The position numbers and the translations under genes were made by a program. The notes below the pieces were generated by a model. It had not been told where the DNA came from and made no database searches. It saw only the letters and a list, made by a program, of their open reading frames with translations. From Parcubacteria group bacterium GW2011_GWA2_48_9 (lineage in GTDB: Bacteria; Patescibacteriota; Patescibacteriia; UBA10025), in assembly GCA_001003705.1 (NCBI GenBank), contig LCPQ01000006.1, positions 1-61,637 on the forward strand: a stretch of 61,637 bases of DNA, written 5' to 3'. Position 1 is the first letter of the stretch, and each line of letters starts with the position of its first letter. Below, in pieces: positions 1 to 8,376 of the stretch.

Positions 1-1314
1 GGGAGTAGTCAGATGGGTAAAGGCAAACGGGTCAACGTAGAATTCATTTCAGCGAACCCTACTGGGCCTCTTACACTCGGCAATGGGCGCGGGGCATTTA
101 TGGGTGATGCGCTTTCGAGCGTGCTCCAGAGAGCCGGGTACGCGGTGACGAGGGAATACTACGTCAACGACATGGGCAATCAGGTAAATATTCTCGCCGA
201 ATCCGTATTGAGACGTTATTGGCAGTCACAGGGTATTCAAATGGAATATCCGGAGTACTGCTATCAAGGCCAGTATATAGAGGAAATTGCCCGTTCATTG
301 TACCTACCGAATTATAAACTCGGCAATAATTCGCTGGTTGAAATCAGAGATAAAATTAAGGGACGTATCTTAAAAAAGATGCTCGCGGACATCCAACGAT
401 TTGTGAAGCGCAGACTCGGTATCACTTATGGTAAGTGGTTTTCCGAGAAGACGCTGTACACATCAAAGAAAGTCGATCGTATGCTCGATATCCTCCGGTC
501 GCTTGAGCTGATCTACGAACAAGACGGTGCTGTCTGGCTGCGCACGCAGAACTTCGGCGACGAAAAAGACCGCGTCCTCATACGTTCTAATGGCGACGCG
601 ACGTATTTTCTTCCCGACATAGCATACCATCATGACAAACTCACCAAAAGGAAGTTTCATAAGGTTATAAACTTCATCGGGGCTGACCATGCCGGGTATG
701 CGCCGCGCATGTATGCGGCAATGAAGGCACTCGGGCATGAGGGAAAACTGACGCTCATTGTTTTCCAGCTCGTCAGGCTGTTGTCAGGCGGACAGGAAGT
801 CCGTATGTCGAAACGCCGCGGCACGTTCGTGACGCTGGAAGAGTTGATCGATGACGTGGGCGTAGACGCGGCTCGGTACTTTTTCCTTATGCATGCGTTC
901 ACAACCCACATGGATTTCGACTTGGATCTCGCAAAGAAAAAAAGCCAAGAGAATCCCGTCTATTATGTTCAATATGCCCATGCACGAATTTGTAGTATAC
1001 TTAGGAAGGCGAAGAAATTAACGAGTTCACGGATTAACGGATTAACGGATTCGCATTCAAGCTCACAACGATTGATGGTCAAATTACTCCAGTGGCCGGA
1101 GCTGATCGAAGACGTTGCCAGGATGCACGCGACGCAGAAGCTTCCCACGTATGCCCACGAGCTTGCCACGATCTTTCACGATTTCTATACGAATGTACGG
1201 GTGATTGATGGTGAATCTATTCAGTCTGAACCCTATGCCCTGGTGCAGGCGACGAAGATAGTGCTCGCGGACGTTCTCGGGGTCATGGGCATTTCGGCAC
1301 CAGAGAAGATGTGA
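1..1314 (+). CDS. argS: arginyl-tRNA synthetase, 5' end cut by window edge
   Basis: Frame is open from position 1 (no stop before the ATG at 13). Class I ArgRS core motifs are present: ANPTGPLTLGNGRG, MSKRRG, and the C-terminal anticodon-binding stretch YVQYAHARICSILRKA. Confidence 0.92.
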   Translation, partial: GSSQMGKGKRVNVEFISANPTGPLTLGNGRGAFMGDALSSVLQRAGYAVTREYYVNDMGNQVNILAESVLRRYWQSQGIQMEYPEYCYQGQYIEEIARSLYLPNYKLGNNSLVEIRDKIKGRILKKMLADIQRFVKRRLGITYGKWFSEKTLYTSKKVDRMLDILRSLELIYEQDGAVWLRTQNFGDEKDRVLIRSNGDATYFLPDIAYHHDKLTKRKFHKVINFIGADHAGYAPRMYAAMKALGHEGKLTLIVFQLVRLLSGGQEVRMSKRRGTFVTLEELIDDVGVDAARYFFLMHAFTTHMDFDLDLAKKKSQENPVYYVQYAHARICSILRKAKKLTSSRINGLTDSHSSSQRLMVKLLQWPELIEDVARMHATQKLPTYAHELATIFHDFYTNVRVIDGESIQSEPYALVQATKIVLADVLGVMGISAPEKM

Positions 1315-1403
1315 TTGGCGAATTGCGCATTAAAGAATTAATGAATTAACTTTTACTGAAAATCAATCCGCAATTCGATAATCCGTTAATTCGCAAATTG
1401 AAA

Positions 1404-2552
1404 ATGAAAATCGGCATCGATTGCAGAACAATCCTGAATCCTTCATCCGGCGAACGGGCCGGGGTGGGGCATTATACATACCACTTAGTAAAGAACCTCA
1501 TCACTATAGACAAAAAGAACCAGTATGTGTTGTTTTTCGATTACCGAATGCGTGATACGAATGAGTTCCGCAAGAAAAATGTAGTAATCCGACATTTTCC
1601 GTTCTCCAAGTATAAGGCGTTTCTTCCGTTCACGTATACGCACATGCTGATGTCCGCGTACCTTTTGAAATACGGATTGGACCTCTATCATTCGCCGATT
1701 ACTTCGCTACCACTTACCTACCCGCGCAAAGAAGTCGTCACTGTGCACGATCTGGCTATTTATAAGAACCCCGCATGGTTTCCTTCGCAGATTTTTTCTA
1801 CGAAACTTCTTGTTCCCCAGAGTCTCCGAAAAGCAAATGCAATCATCGCCGTTTCCCAAAGTACGAAAAAAGACTTGCAGGACCTTTTTAATGTTCCATC
1901 AGCCAAGGTTTCGGTCATTTACGAAGGTGTCAGTACCCAACGAATCAAGCTGAAAAGCCGAAAAGATGATATCAGACGGTTCAAGCTCGGTGACAAGTTT
2001 ATTTTGTTCGTCGGTACCCTGGAGCCGCGGAAGAACCTCGGTACGCTGCTTCGTGCATATAAAAAACTCATCACCTGGGACAAAAAATTCAGCGCGTACC
2101 CGTTAGCCATTGCTGGCCATAAATCGTATAAGTCTGAGGATGTGTTTAAAGAAGTCAATGAACTGAAGCTTGGGAAAGCGGTGCGGTTTCTCGATTACGT
2201 TACCACGAACGAGAAGTTTGACTTGATGAAGAAGGCGGCCTGTTTTATCAACCCGTCGAGTTACGAAGGATTTGGACTGACACTTGTGGAAGCCATGGCG
2301 CTCGGGTGTCCAGTCATTGCCAGCAACGTCTCCTCAATGCCCGAAATTGTGGGAAAAGCAGGGGTGCTTATCAATCCCGAGCATGAGTATGAGATTGCGG
2401 CAGCACTGCGGAAGGTGCTGACCGACGCGCGCTTGAGAGAACGTCTTAAAAAGGCCGGTCCGAAGCAGTCCGCGCAGTTCTCATGGGAAAAGTGCGCGCG
2501 GGAGACACTCGCGGTCTACGAGAAGGTGGGGAGGAAGAAGCAAAAGAGCTGA
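1404..2552 (+). CDS. GT4-family (GT-B fold) glycosyltransferase
   Basis: E-x7-E region EGFGLTLVEAMALGCPVIASNVSSMPEIVG and typical length. ATG 1404 (MKIGIDCR) is preferred over the TTG at 1398. Confidence 0.85.
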   Translation: MKIGIDCRTILNPSSGERAGVGHYTYHLVKNLITIDKKNQYVLFFDYRMRDTNEFRKKNVVIRHFPFSKYKAFLPFTYTHMLMSAYLLKYGLDLYHSPITSLPLTYPRKEVVTVHDLAIYKNPAWFPSQIFSTKLLVPQSLRKANAIIAVSQSTKKDLQDLFNVPSAKVSVIYEGVSTQRIKLKSRKDDIRRFKLGDKFILFVGTLEPRKNLGTLLRAYKKLITWDKKFSAYPLAIAGHKSYKSEDVFKEVNELKLGKAVRFLDYVTTNEKFDLMKKAACFINPSSYEGFGLTLVEAMALGCPVIASNVSSMPEIVGKAGVLINPEHEYEIAAALRKVLTDARLRERLKKAGPKQSAQFSWEKCARETLAVYEKVGRKKQKS

Positions 2553-2659
2553 GAGCTTAGAGCAAAGAGCCAGTCAGTCCCGACGTAAAGTCGGGATCCC
2601 GGTTCCGCTATGGCGGACATCGGGACAAGCCGGCACGTCGGCAAGCCTGTATTTTTAAT

Positions 2660-2706
2660 GTCGTTGCGAGGAGCCTTGGCATAGCCAGGGATGACGCGGC
2701 CATCTC
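2660..2706. repeat. hairpin repeat related to the atp-operon element
   Basis: GTCGTTGCGAGGAGCC...GGGATGAC...ATCTC shares the GTCRTT...AGGAG...ATCTC framework. The neighbouring hairpin TCCCGACgtaaaGTCGGGA lies at about 2588-2606. Confidence 0.5.
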
Positions 2707-2721
2707 AGTTAGAGCAATTAT

Positions 2722-2745
2722 CGAATTGACGAATTTCGAATTGTG
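2722..2745. repeat. tandem CGAATTKN octamer array
   Basis: CGAATTGA CGAATTT CGAATTGT lies in the convergent spacer between the glycosyltransferase and pitA. Confidence 0.7.
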
Positions 2746-2840
2746 GATTGGTTTGTTGGCGGAATTAAACGTACCCGGTTCCAAGGCTGCTTTCAACTAT
2801 AGCCAGAGTATATTGGAACGCTGTTGTCAAAAATAACTTT

Positions 2841-3830
2841 CTAAAACAGCCGCGATGCGACGAAGAAGGTGAGGCCGCCGACGAGAGCGGCGCCGGGGAT
2901 TGTCAGAAGCCACGCCCAAACTATTTTTACGGTAACATCCCAGTGTACGGACCTAAGCCGTTTAGACGCGCCGACTCCCGAGATGGCGCCAGTGATGACG
3001 TGTGTGGTACTGACCGGCACACCGAGGTGTGTGGCGAGAAAAATGCTCGCGGCACTAGCCGTCTCAGCACTGAAACCGTCGATGGGACGCAGTTTAGTTA
3101 TTTTCTGGCCCATCGTTTTGACTATCCGCCACCCGCCGGAAAGGGTTCCGAGCGCTATTGCTGTATGCGCGCTTAGAACGACCCAGAGGGGGACATGGAA
3201 ACTTTTCAGAAGACCGGCTGACACCAGTAGCGTGGTAATAATACCCATGGTCTTTTGCGCGTCGTTGCCCCCGTGGCCGAGACTGTAGAGCGCGGCGGAA
3301 ACCAGCTGCATACGGCGGGACCATTTGGAAATCAATTGCGGATGTTGCTTATGGACGCACCACGTTGTGATGACAGATAAAGCCAGCCCGAGTAGCATTC
3401 CGATGGTTGGGGCCAAAATAATGAAGATAAGGGTCTTCGTCCAGCCGCTAAGGATGATGACGCCGAGCCCACCTTTTATCACTGCGGCGCCTGCAAACCC
3501 TCCGATGAGCGCGTGTGAAGAACTAGTAGGAAGCCCAAGATACCAGGTAAAAAGATTCCAACAGATCGCGCCGATCAGCCCGGCGAAGATAACGAGCGGC
3601 GTCACAATAGTAATGTCGATCATGCCTTTGCCTATGGTGGCCGCCACCGCAGTGCCAAAAATGAGAAAAGCGACAAAATTAAAAAAAGCGGCCCAGAGTA
3701 CTGCTTGCCGCGGAGTAAGTACACGCGTGGAAACTACTGTGGCGATTGAGTTTGCTGCGTCGTGGAGCCCATTAGTAAAATCAAACGCGAGTGCAATGAA
3801 GATGATAATGACAACAAATACCAGACTCAC
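2841..3830 (-). CDS. pitA: PiT-family inorganic phosphate transporter
   Basis: Multi-pass membrane protein with the duplicated PiT signature GLHDAANSIATVVSTR and GHGGNDAQKTMGI. Confidence 0.88.
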   Translation of the reverse strand: MSLVFVVIIIFIALAFDFTNGLHDAANSIATVVSTRVLTPRQAVLWAAFFNFVAFLIFGTAVAATIGKGMIDITIVTPLVIFAGLIGAICWNLFTWYLGLPTSSSHALIGGFAGAAVIKGGLGVIILSGWTKTLIFIILAPTIGMLLGLALSVITTWCVHKQHPQLISKWSRRMQLVSAALYSLGHGGNDAQKTMGIITTLLVSAGLLKSFHVPLWVVLSAHTAIALGTLSGGWRIVKTMGQKITKLRPIDGFSAETASAASIFLATHLGVPVSTTHVITGAISGVGASKRLRSVHWDVTVKIVWAWLLTIPGAALVGGLTFFVASRLF

Positions 3831-3842
3831 ATGTAGGAAATG

Positions 3843-4469
3843 TTACGTTGATTTAACAATAATGCTTTCAATCACGTTTGCGACGTCCTCGCACCGATCG
3901 GAAGCGGTTTCTAACCGGCTGTAGATTTCTTTCAGTTTAATTAGTTCTTTCACCTGTTCAACGTCTCGAGCCTTCTCAAAGAGTGCAGCGATAGCTGTTT
4001 GACAGATTACATCAGCTTGATTTTCTAGAGTATTAATTTTTTCGCAAAATGTATGGGCGTGTTCCAGCGACTTTAGGCGCAGGATAGCCTCATATATTTG
4101 CTGGACAGCTTCATGGATTATCACAACGAGTTGTTTGAGTTCGGGAGTCGGACTCTGGATAGAAAAATAGTGTAGTCGGCTCGCTACTCCTTCGATACAA
4201 TCGAGGACATCATCGAGTCCGCTAGCGAGTTCGTGAATATCCTCCCGTTCAAAAGGAGTGATGAATGTATCGCGCAGTTTCGTAAAAATATCATGGGTAA
4301 TATTGTCTCCCGTGTGCTCGATATGCTCTATCTTCCGGTACTTTTGTTCGACGTCAGTATAATTATCCACTAAGCCATTGAGTGCTTCAACACCATCCCT
4401 TACGTTTTTTGCCTGCAAAATAAATAACTCAAAAAACTTCTCCTCCTTCGGCAGCAGACTAAACTTCAT
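3843..4469 (-). CDS. DUF47 / PhoU-like phosphate-transport accessory protein
   Basis: All-helical 208-aa protein of the type usually found directly upstream of pit. It ends 12 nt before the pitA start. Confidence 0.8.
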   Translation of the reverse strand: MKFSLLPKEEKFFELFILQAKNVRDGVEALNGLVDNYTDVEQKYRKIEHIEHTGDNITHDIFTKLRDTFITPFEREDIHELASGLDDVLDCIEGVASRLHYFSIQSPTPELKQLVVIIHEAVQQIYEAILRLKSLEHAHTFCEKINTLENQADVICQTAIAALFEKARDVEQVKELIKLKEIYSRLETASDRCEDVANVIESIIVKST

Positions 4470-4557
4470 AAAATTTCATAATCAGTTATGATACTTGCTT
4501 ACCTTCTTTATACCAGTTACCGTCAGTTTCGTCAAAGCTTCCCTAAATGTTTTTGCC

Positions 4558-4586
4558 TTGTCATTCATGCATTTATCAGATATACT
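4558..4586 (+). promoter_or_regulatory. sigma70-like promoter of ileS
   Basis: TTGTCA-17 nt-TATACT, 19 nt upstream of ATG 4606. Confidence 0.55.
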
Positions 4587-4605
4587 GACATCACTTTTAT
4601 CGCAT

Positions 4606-7560
4606 ATGCAGGAAGAGAAAAGAGAGAATACGCTCATACCGAATTTTCCTAAGCTTGAGGAGGAAGTGTTAGCGTTTTGGGAAAAAGAAAAGGTATTTGA
4701 AAAAACACTCGAGCAGACCAAGAAAGGAAAGAAATTTGTCTTCTTCGAAGGGCCGCCGACGGCGAACGGCAAGCCCGGCATCCACCACGTTCTCGCCCGC
4801 GCGTTTAAAGACGTAGTTTTGCGGTATAAGACAATGCGCGGCTATTACGTCGAACGGAAAGCCGGCTGGGACACGCATGGGCTACCGGTGGAATTGCAGG
4901 TTGAAAAGGCACTGAACATTTCAGGAAAGCCCGACATCGAAAAGTACGGCGTCGACAAGTTTAACCAGATGTGCAAAGAGAGTGTGTGGAAGTACCAGAA
5001 GGAGTGGGAGGGCATGACCCGCCGGATCGGCTTTTGGTTGGATATGAATCATCCGTACGTTACCTACAAAAATGAGTATATTGAATCACTGTGGTGGATT
5101 ATCAAACAGATTTGGGATAAGAAACTGCTTTATAAGGGCCACAAAGTAGTACCACATTGTCCGCGATGTGGCACGGCGCTATCGAGCCATGAAGTTGCAC
5201 AGGGGTATAGGGATGTCACGGAAGATTCTGTGTACGTAAAGTTTAAGGTGGAAGGAGAAAAAAACACATATATTCTTTCGTGGACGACGACCCCGTGGAC
5301 CTTGCCTGGCAATGTGGCGCTGGCGGTTGGAAAAGACATTGCGTATGTGAAAATTAAGGTTGGTAATGAATCATATATAATTGCTAAAGATAGAACTGGT
5401 TCCGTAATTAAGTTACCACTTGGAAAGACACTTACCTCAAATAGGTCAGTAGAGGGGAGCATAGAAATACAACAAGTATATTCAGGTAAAGATCTAGTGG
5501 GCCTTAAATACGAACCGCTGTTTGATGTCAAACCTCTTCAAACCGAGAAGTCATATCAGGTATATGAGGCCGATTTTGTTAATACAGAAGAAGGTACGGG
5601 TATCGTCCATACAGCAGTGATGTATGGAGAAGACGACTATCAGCTCGGCGAGAGGGTTGGCTTGCCGAAATACCATACAGTCGATGAAAACGGGCATTTC
5701 ACGAAGGACGTTCCGCATTGGGCAGGGAAATACGTGAAAGACAAAGTTGTTGAAAAGGGTATTATAGCTGATCTTGAAAAACAAGGTTTATTGCTCAAAA
5801 AAGAAACTCATACACACTCATATCCACACTGTTGGAGGTGTGATACACCGCTTCTGTACTACGCGAAAGACTCATGGTTCATAAACATGAGTAGTCTTCG
5901 CGAGAAACTCATGAAAAATAATGAAGACATCAACTGGGTCCCAGCACATATCAAACATGGCCGATTCGGTGAATGGCTGAATGAAGTAAAAGACTGGGCA
6001 TTTTCTCGGGAACGGTTTTGGGGTACGCCGCTGCCGATATGGGAATCAGCTGACGGCGACCGGATCTGTATAGGTTCATTCGAGGAACTTCGCAAACTGG
6101 CTAAGGACCCGACAAAGGTTGGGGAGTCATTTGACCCGCATCGACCGTTCGTGGATGACATTATTCTCACCAAAGACGCTAAGGAGTACCGACGCGTGAA
6201 AGAAGTGATTGATGTATGGTTTGACTCCGGCTCCATGCCGTTTGCCCAATGGCACTATCCGTTTGAAAATAAAGAGCGCATTGACGATAATGTTAATTTC
6301 CCCGCCGCGTATATTTCGGAAGCTATAGATCAAACGCGCGGATGGTTTTACACACTACTCGCCGTTTCCACTCTTCTCGGTAGAGGAACTCCGTACAAAA
6401 ACGTGATATGTCTCGGCCATATCCTCGACGCGCGGGGCCAGAAGATGTCAAAGTCGCGGGGCAACGTCGTCGATCCTTTCGAAATGATTGCTAAATACGG
6501 AGCCGACACGCTTCGTTGGCATTTCTTTACCATGAACCAACCCGGCGATACGAAACTGTTTGATGAAAAAAATCTCTCTGATGTGGTCAAAAAGAACTGG
6601 ATGATTCTCTGGAACGTCTTATCATTCTGGAAAATGTACGCATCCTCAGAACGGCATGTCGATGATGAATCGAAAATGCCTAAAGCCAAGCACGTACTTG
6701 ATCGTTGGATCGCTGCCAAACTTCATGTGCTTGTCGTCAACGTCAGTGAGCGCTTAGATGCATTTGCCATCACTGAGGCAGGGAGAGCGATCAGCGAATT
6801 TATCGATGATTTGTCGACATGGTATTTACGGCGTTCCCGGTCCCGCTTCAAGCATCCGAGTGAGGACCAAACGCAGGCGCTTGCAACCCTCCAACACGCC
6901 CTCCAAACGGTCGCCCAATTGCTTGCCCCATTTGCCCCTTTCTTCGCAGATACACTGTATCGCGAAGTGACAGGATCGAAAACCAGTGTACATATGACAG
7001 ATTGGCCCGTAGCGGTTGAGAGCTCGAAGGATGACGAAGTTATCCGCGATATGGATGTAGCGCGCAAGATTGTTATGCTGGGTCATTCGCTTCGGAAAGA
7101 ACAAAGTCTCAAAGTTCGTCAGCCGCTCGAGCAGTGCATCATTGTTGGCGGGAAACTTCCTGATGCATACGAGGAGCTTATCGCTGATGAACTTAATGTC
7201 AGGGAGGTAACCTTCGCGAACCGCATTCCGACTAATCCCGAATTTGCATTCAAAGAATCCGGTGGCGTAACGGTGGCACTCGATACTACGCTTACCGATG
7301 AACTTCGCCATGAAGGCATGGTGAGGGAGATAGTAAGGAAGATTAATGCCAAGCGAAAAGAGCAGGGGCTGACAGTGAATGATCGCATAGTGATACGGTA
7401 TGCGGCTACCAGCGACGAACTCCGCCAACTAATGGAGTTCTTTTCCGACAGAATAGCGAAGGATACATTGGCGTCAAAAGTCGAAGTAGCGGAGGTTTCA
7501 GCAGGATCTGACCGCTTAGTATTCCCGAGCGGTGAGCTGCATTTTGCGATCACCAACTAA
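4606..7560 (+). CDS. ileS: isoleucyl-tRNA synthetase
   Basis: PPTANGKPGIHHVLARAFKD (HIGH), KMSKSRGN, and Cys pairs CPRCGT and CWRCDTP. The start at ATG 4606 (MQEEKREN) lies just after a TTGTCA-17-TATACT promoter. The track start at 4495 is an upstream extension. Confidence 0.93.
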   Translation: MQEEKRENTLIPNFPKLEEEVLAFWEKEKVFEKTLEQTKKGKKFVFFEGPPTANGKPGIHHVLARAFKDVVLRYKTMRGYYVERKAGWDTHGLPVELQVEKALNISGKPDIEKYGVDKFNQMCKESVWKYQKEWEGMTRRIGFWLDMNHPYVTYKNEYIESLWWIIKQIWDKKLLYKGHKVVPHCPRCGTALSSHEVAQGYRDVTEDSVYVKFKVEGEKNTYILSWTTTPWTLPGNVALAVGKDIAYVKIKVGNESYIIAKDRTGSVIKLPLGKTLTSNRSVEGSIEIQQVYSGKDLVGLKYEPLFDVKPLQTEKSYQVYEADFVNTEEGTGIVHTAVMYGEDDYQLGERVGLPKYHTVDENGHFTKDVPHWAGKYVKDKVVEKGIIADLEKQGLLLKKETHTHSYPHCWRCDTPLLYYAKDSWFINMSSLREKLMKNNEDINWVPAHIKHGRFGEWLNEVKDWAFSRERFWGTPLPIWESADGDRICIGSFEELRKLAKDPTKVGESFDPHRPFVDDIILTKDAKEYRRVKEVIDVWFDSGSMPFAQWHYPFENKERIDDNVNFPAAYISEAIDQTRGWFYTLLAVSTLLGRGTPYKNVICLGHILDARGQKMSKSRGNVVDPFEMIAKYGADTLRWHFFTMNQPGDTKLFDEKNLSDVVKKNWMILWNVLSFWKMYASSERHVDDESKMPKAKHVLDRWIAAKLHVLVVNVSERLDAFAITEAGRAISEFIDDLSTWYLRRSRSRFKHPSEDQTQALATLQHALQTVAQLLAPFAPFFADTLYREVTGSKTSVHMTDWPVAVESSKDDEVIRDMDVARKIVMLGHSLRKEQSLKVRQPLEQCIIVGGKLPDAYEELIADELNVREVTFANRIPTNPEFAFKESGGVTVALDTTLTDELRHEGMVREIVRKINAKRKEQGLTVNDRIVIRYAATSDELRQLMEFFSDRIAKDTLASKVEVAEVSAGSDRLVFPSGELHFAITN

Positions 7561-7577
7561 TCTCTAGGATACGTCCG

Positions 7578-8336
7578 ATGTCTACATTCCATACGGAAGG
7601 CGTGGTGCTTTCGCACGCTCAAACAACGGGGACGGATAGGATTGTTACTCTCTACACTGTGCGCATGGGGAAATTGCGTGTACGTCTTCGGGGGGGGCTC
7701 AAGAGCGCGAGCAAACTATCGGGTTCATTCGAGCCCTTCACGGCAGGTACGTTTTTCTTCGCCCACGGACGTGGTGGCGTTACGGCGATCGGTGCCGATG
7801 TTGTATCTACTCACAAAATACTTAAGCGTGACCTCGCGCGGATTGCATCAGCCAGTGTGTGCGCCGAAGTAGTTGTCGGGCTGACGCACGAGCATCATGC
7901 TGATCCACGTATCTTTGAGCTTATCATATCAGCATGCGGGGTATTAAATAGAACAAGTGTTGCGCCAATTACAGTCTCATTGGTGCCAGTCTGGTTTCTC
8001 TGGAACGCCCTCAAGCTTCTCGGAACTGGTTTCGAAGAGCAATCCTGTGTTCGTTGCCGAAAACGTCTGACGCCCACTTCACTCGGCATTAGTTTTTCGC
8101 TTGGTGGGATGCTCTGTGGACCGTGTCGGTCCCAGGTGCACGATGCTCTCTCACTCTCGACTGAGGCAGTAAAAACTATCCGATTTACTCTGAATTCCAA
8201 CGCCAGTACCCTCGCCCGGCTCCGTCTTCCACAGCGAGCACTGAGGGAGTTGATGAGTTTATCCGAGAACATGTACGCGTACCAGTCGGAAAGGGCGTCC
8301 ACGGCATTTATTTTTTTTCGTGCCTTTCAAGCATGA
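7578..8336 (+). CDS. recO: DNA repair protein RecO
   Basis: 252 aa with an N-terminal OB-like region and the zinc motif CVRCRKR...CGPC. Contains a G8 run at 7690-7697. Confidence 0.8.
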   Translation: MSTFHTEGVVLSHAQTTGTDRIVTLYTVRMGKLRVRLRGGLKSASKLSGSFEPFTAGTFFFAHGRGGVTAIGADVVSTHKILKRDLARIASASVCAEVVVGLTHEHHADPRIFELIISACGVLNRTSVAPITVSLVPVWFLWNALKLLGTGFEEQSCVRCRKRLTPTSLGISFSLGGMLCGPCRSQVHDALSLSTEAVKTIRFTLNSNASTLARLRLPQRALRELMSLSENMYAYQSERASTAFIFFRAFQA

Positions 8337-8376
8337 GATGGTACGCTACGGCGTTAATTTGGTATACTACGAGTAT

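Noticed and set aside
2608-2796. The 62-aa minus-strand ORF in the convergent spacer, and the 153-aa minus-strand ORF 44631-45092.
   Set aside because: Both are translations of the hairpin repeat family (SSLAMPRLLATT, CHPERSEGS). The second also runs antisense through atpC and the end of atpD.
2553-2840. RNase P RNA or another known structured RNA, suggested by the AAAGTCGGGATCC string.
   Set aside because: Only a short resemblance to the GGAAAGUCCGGGC motif. The other universally conserved RNase P blocks were not found, and the region is too short.
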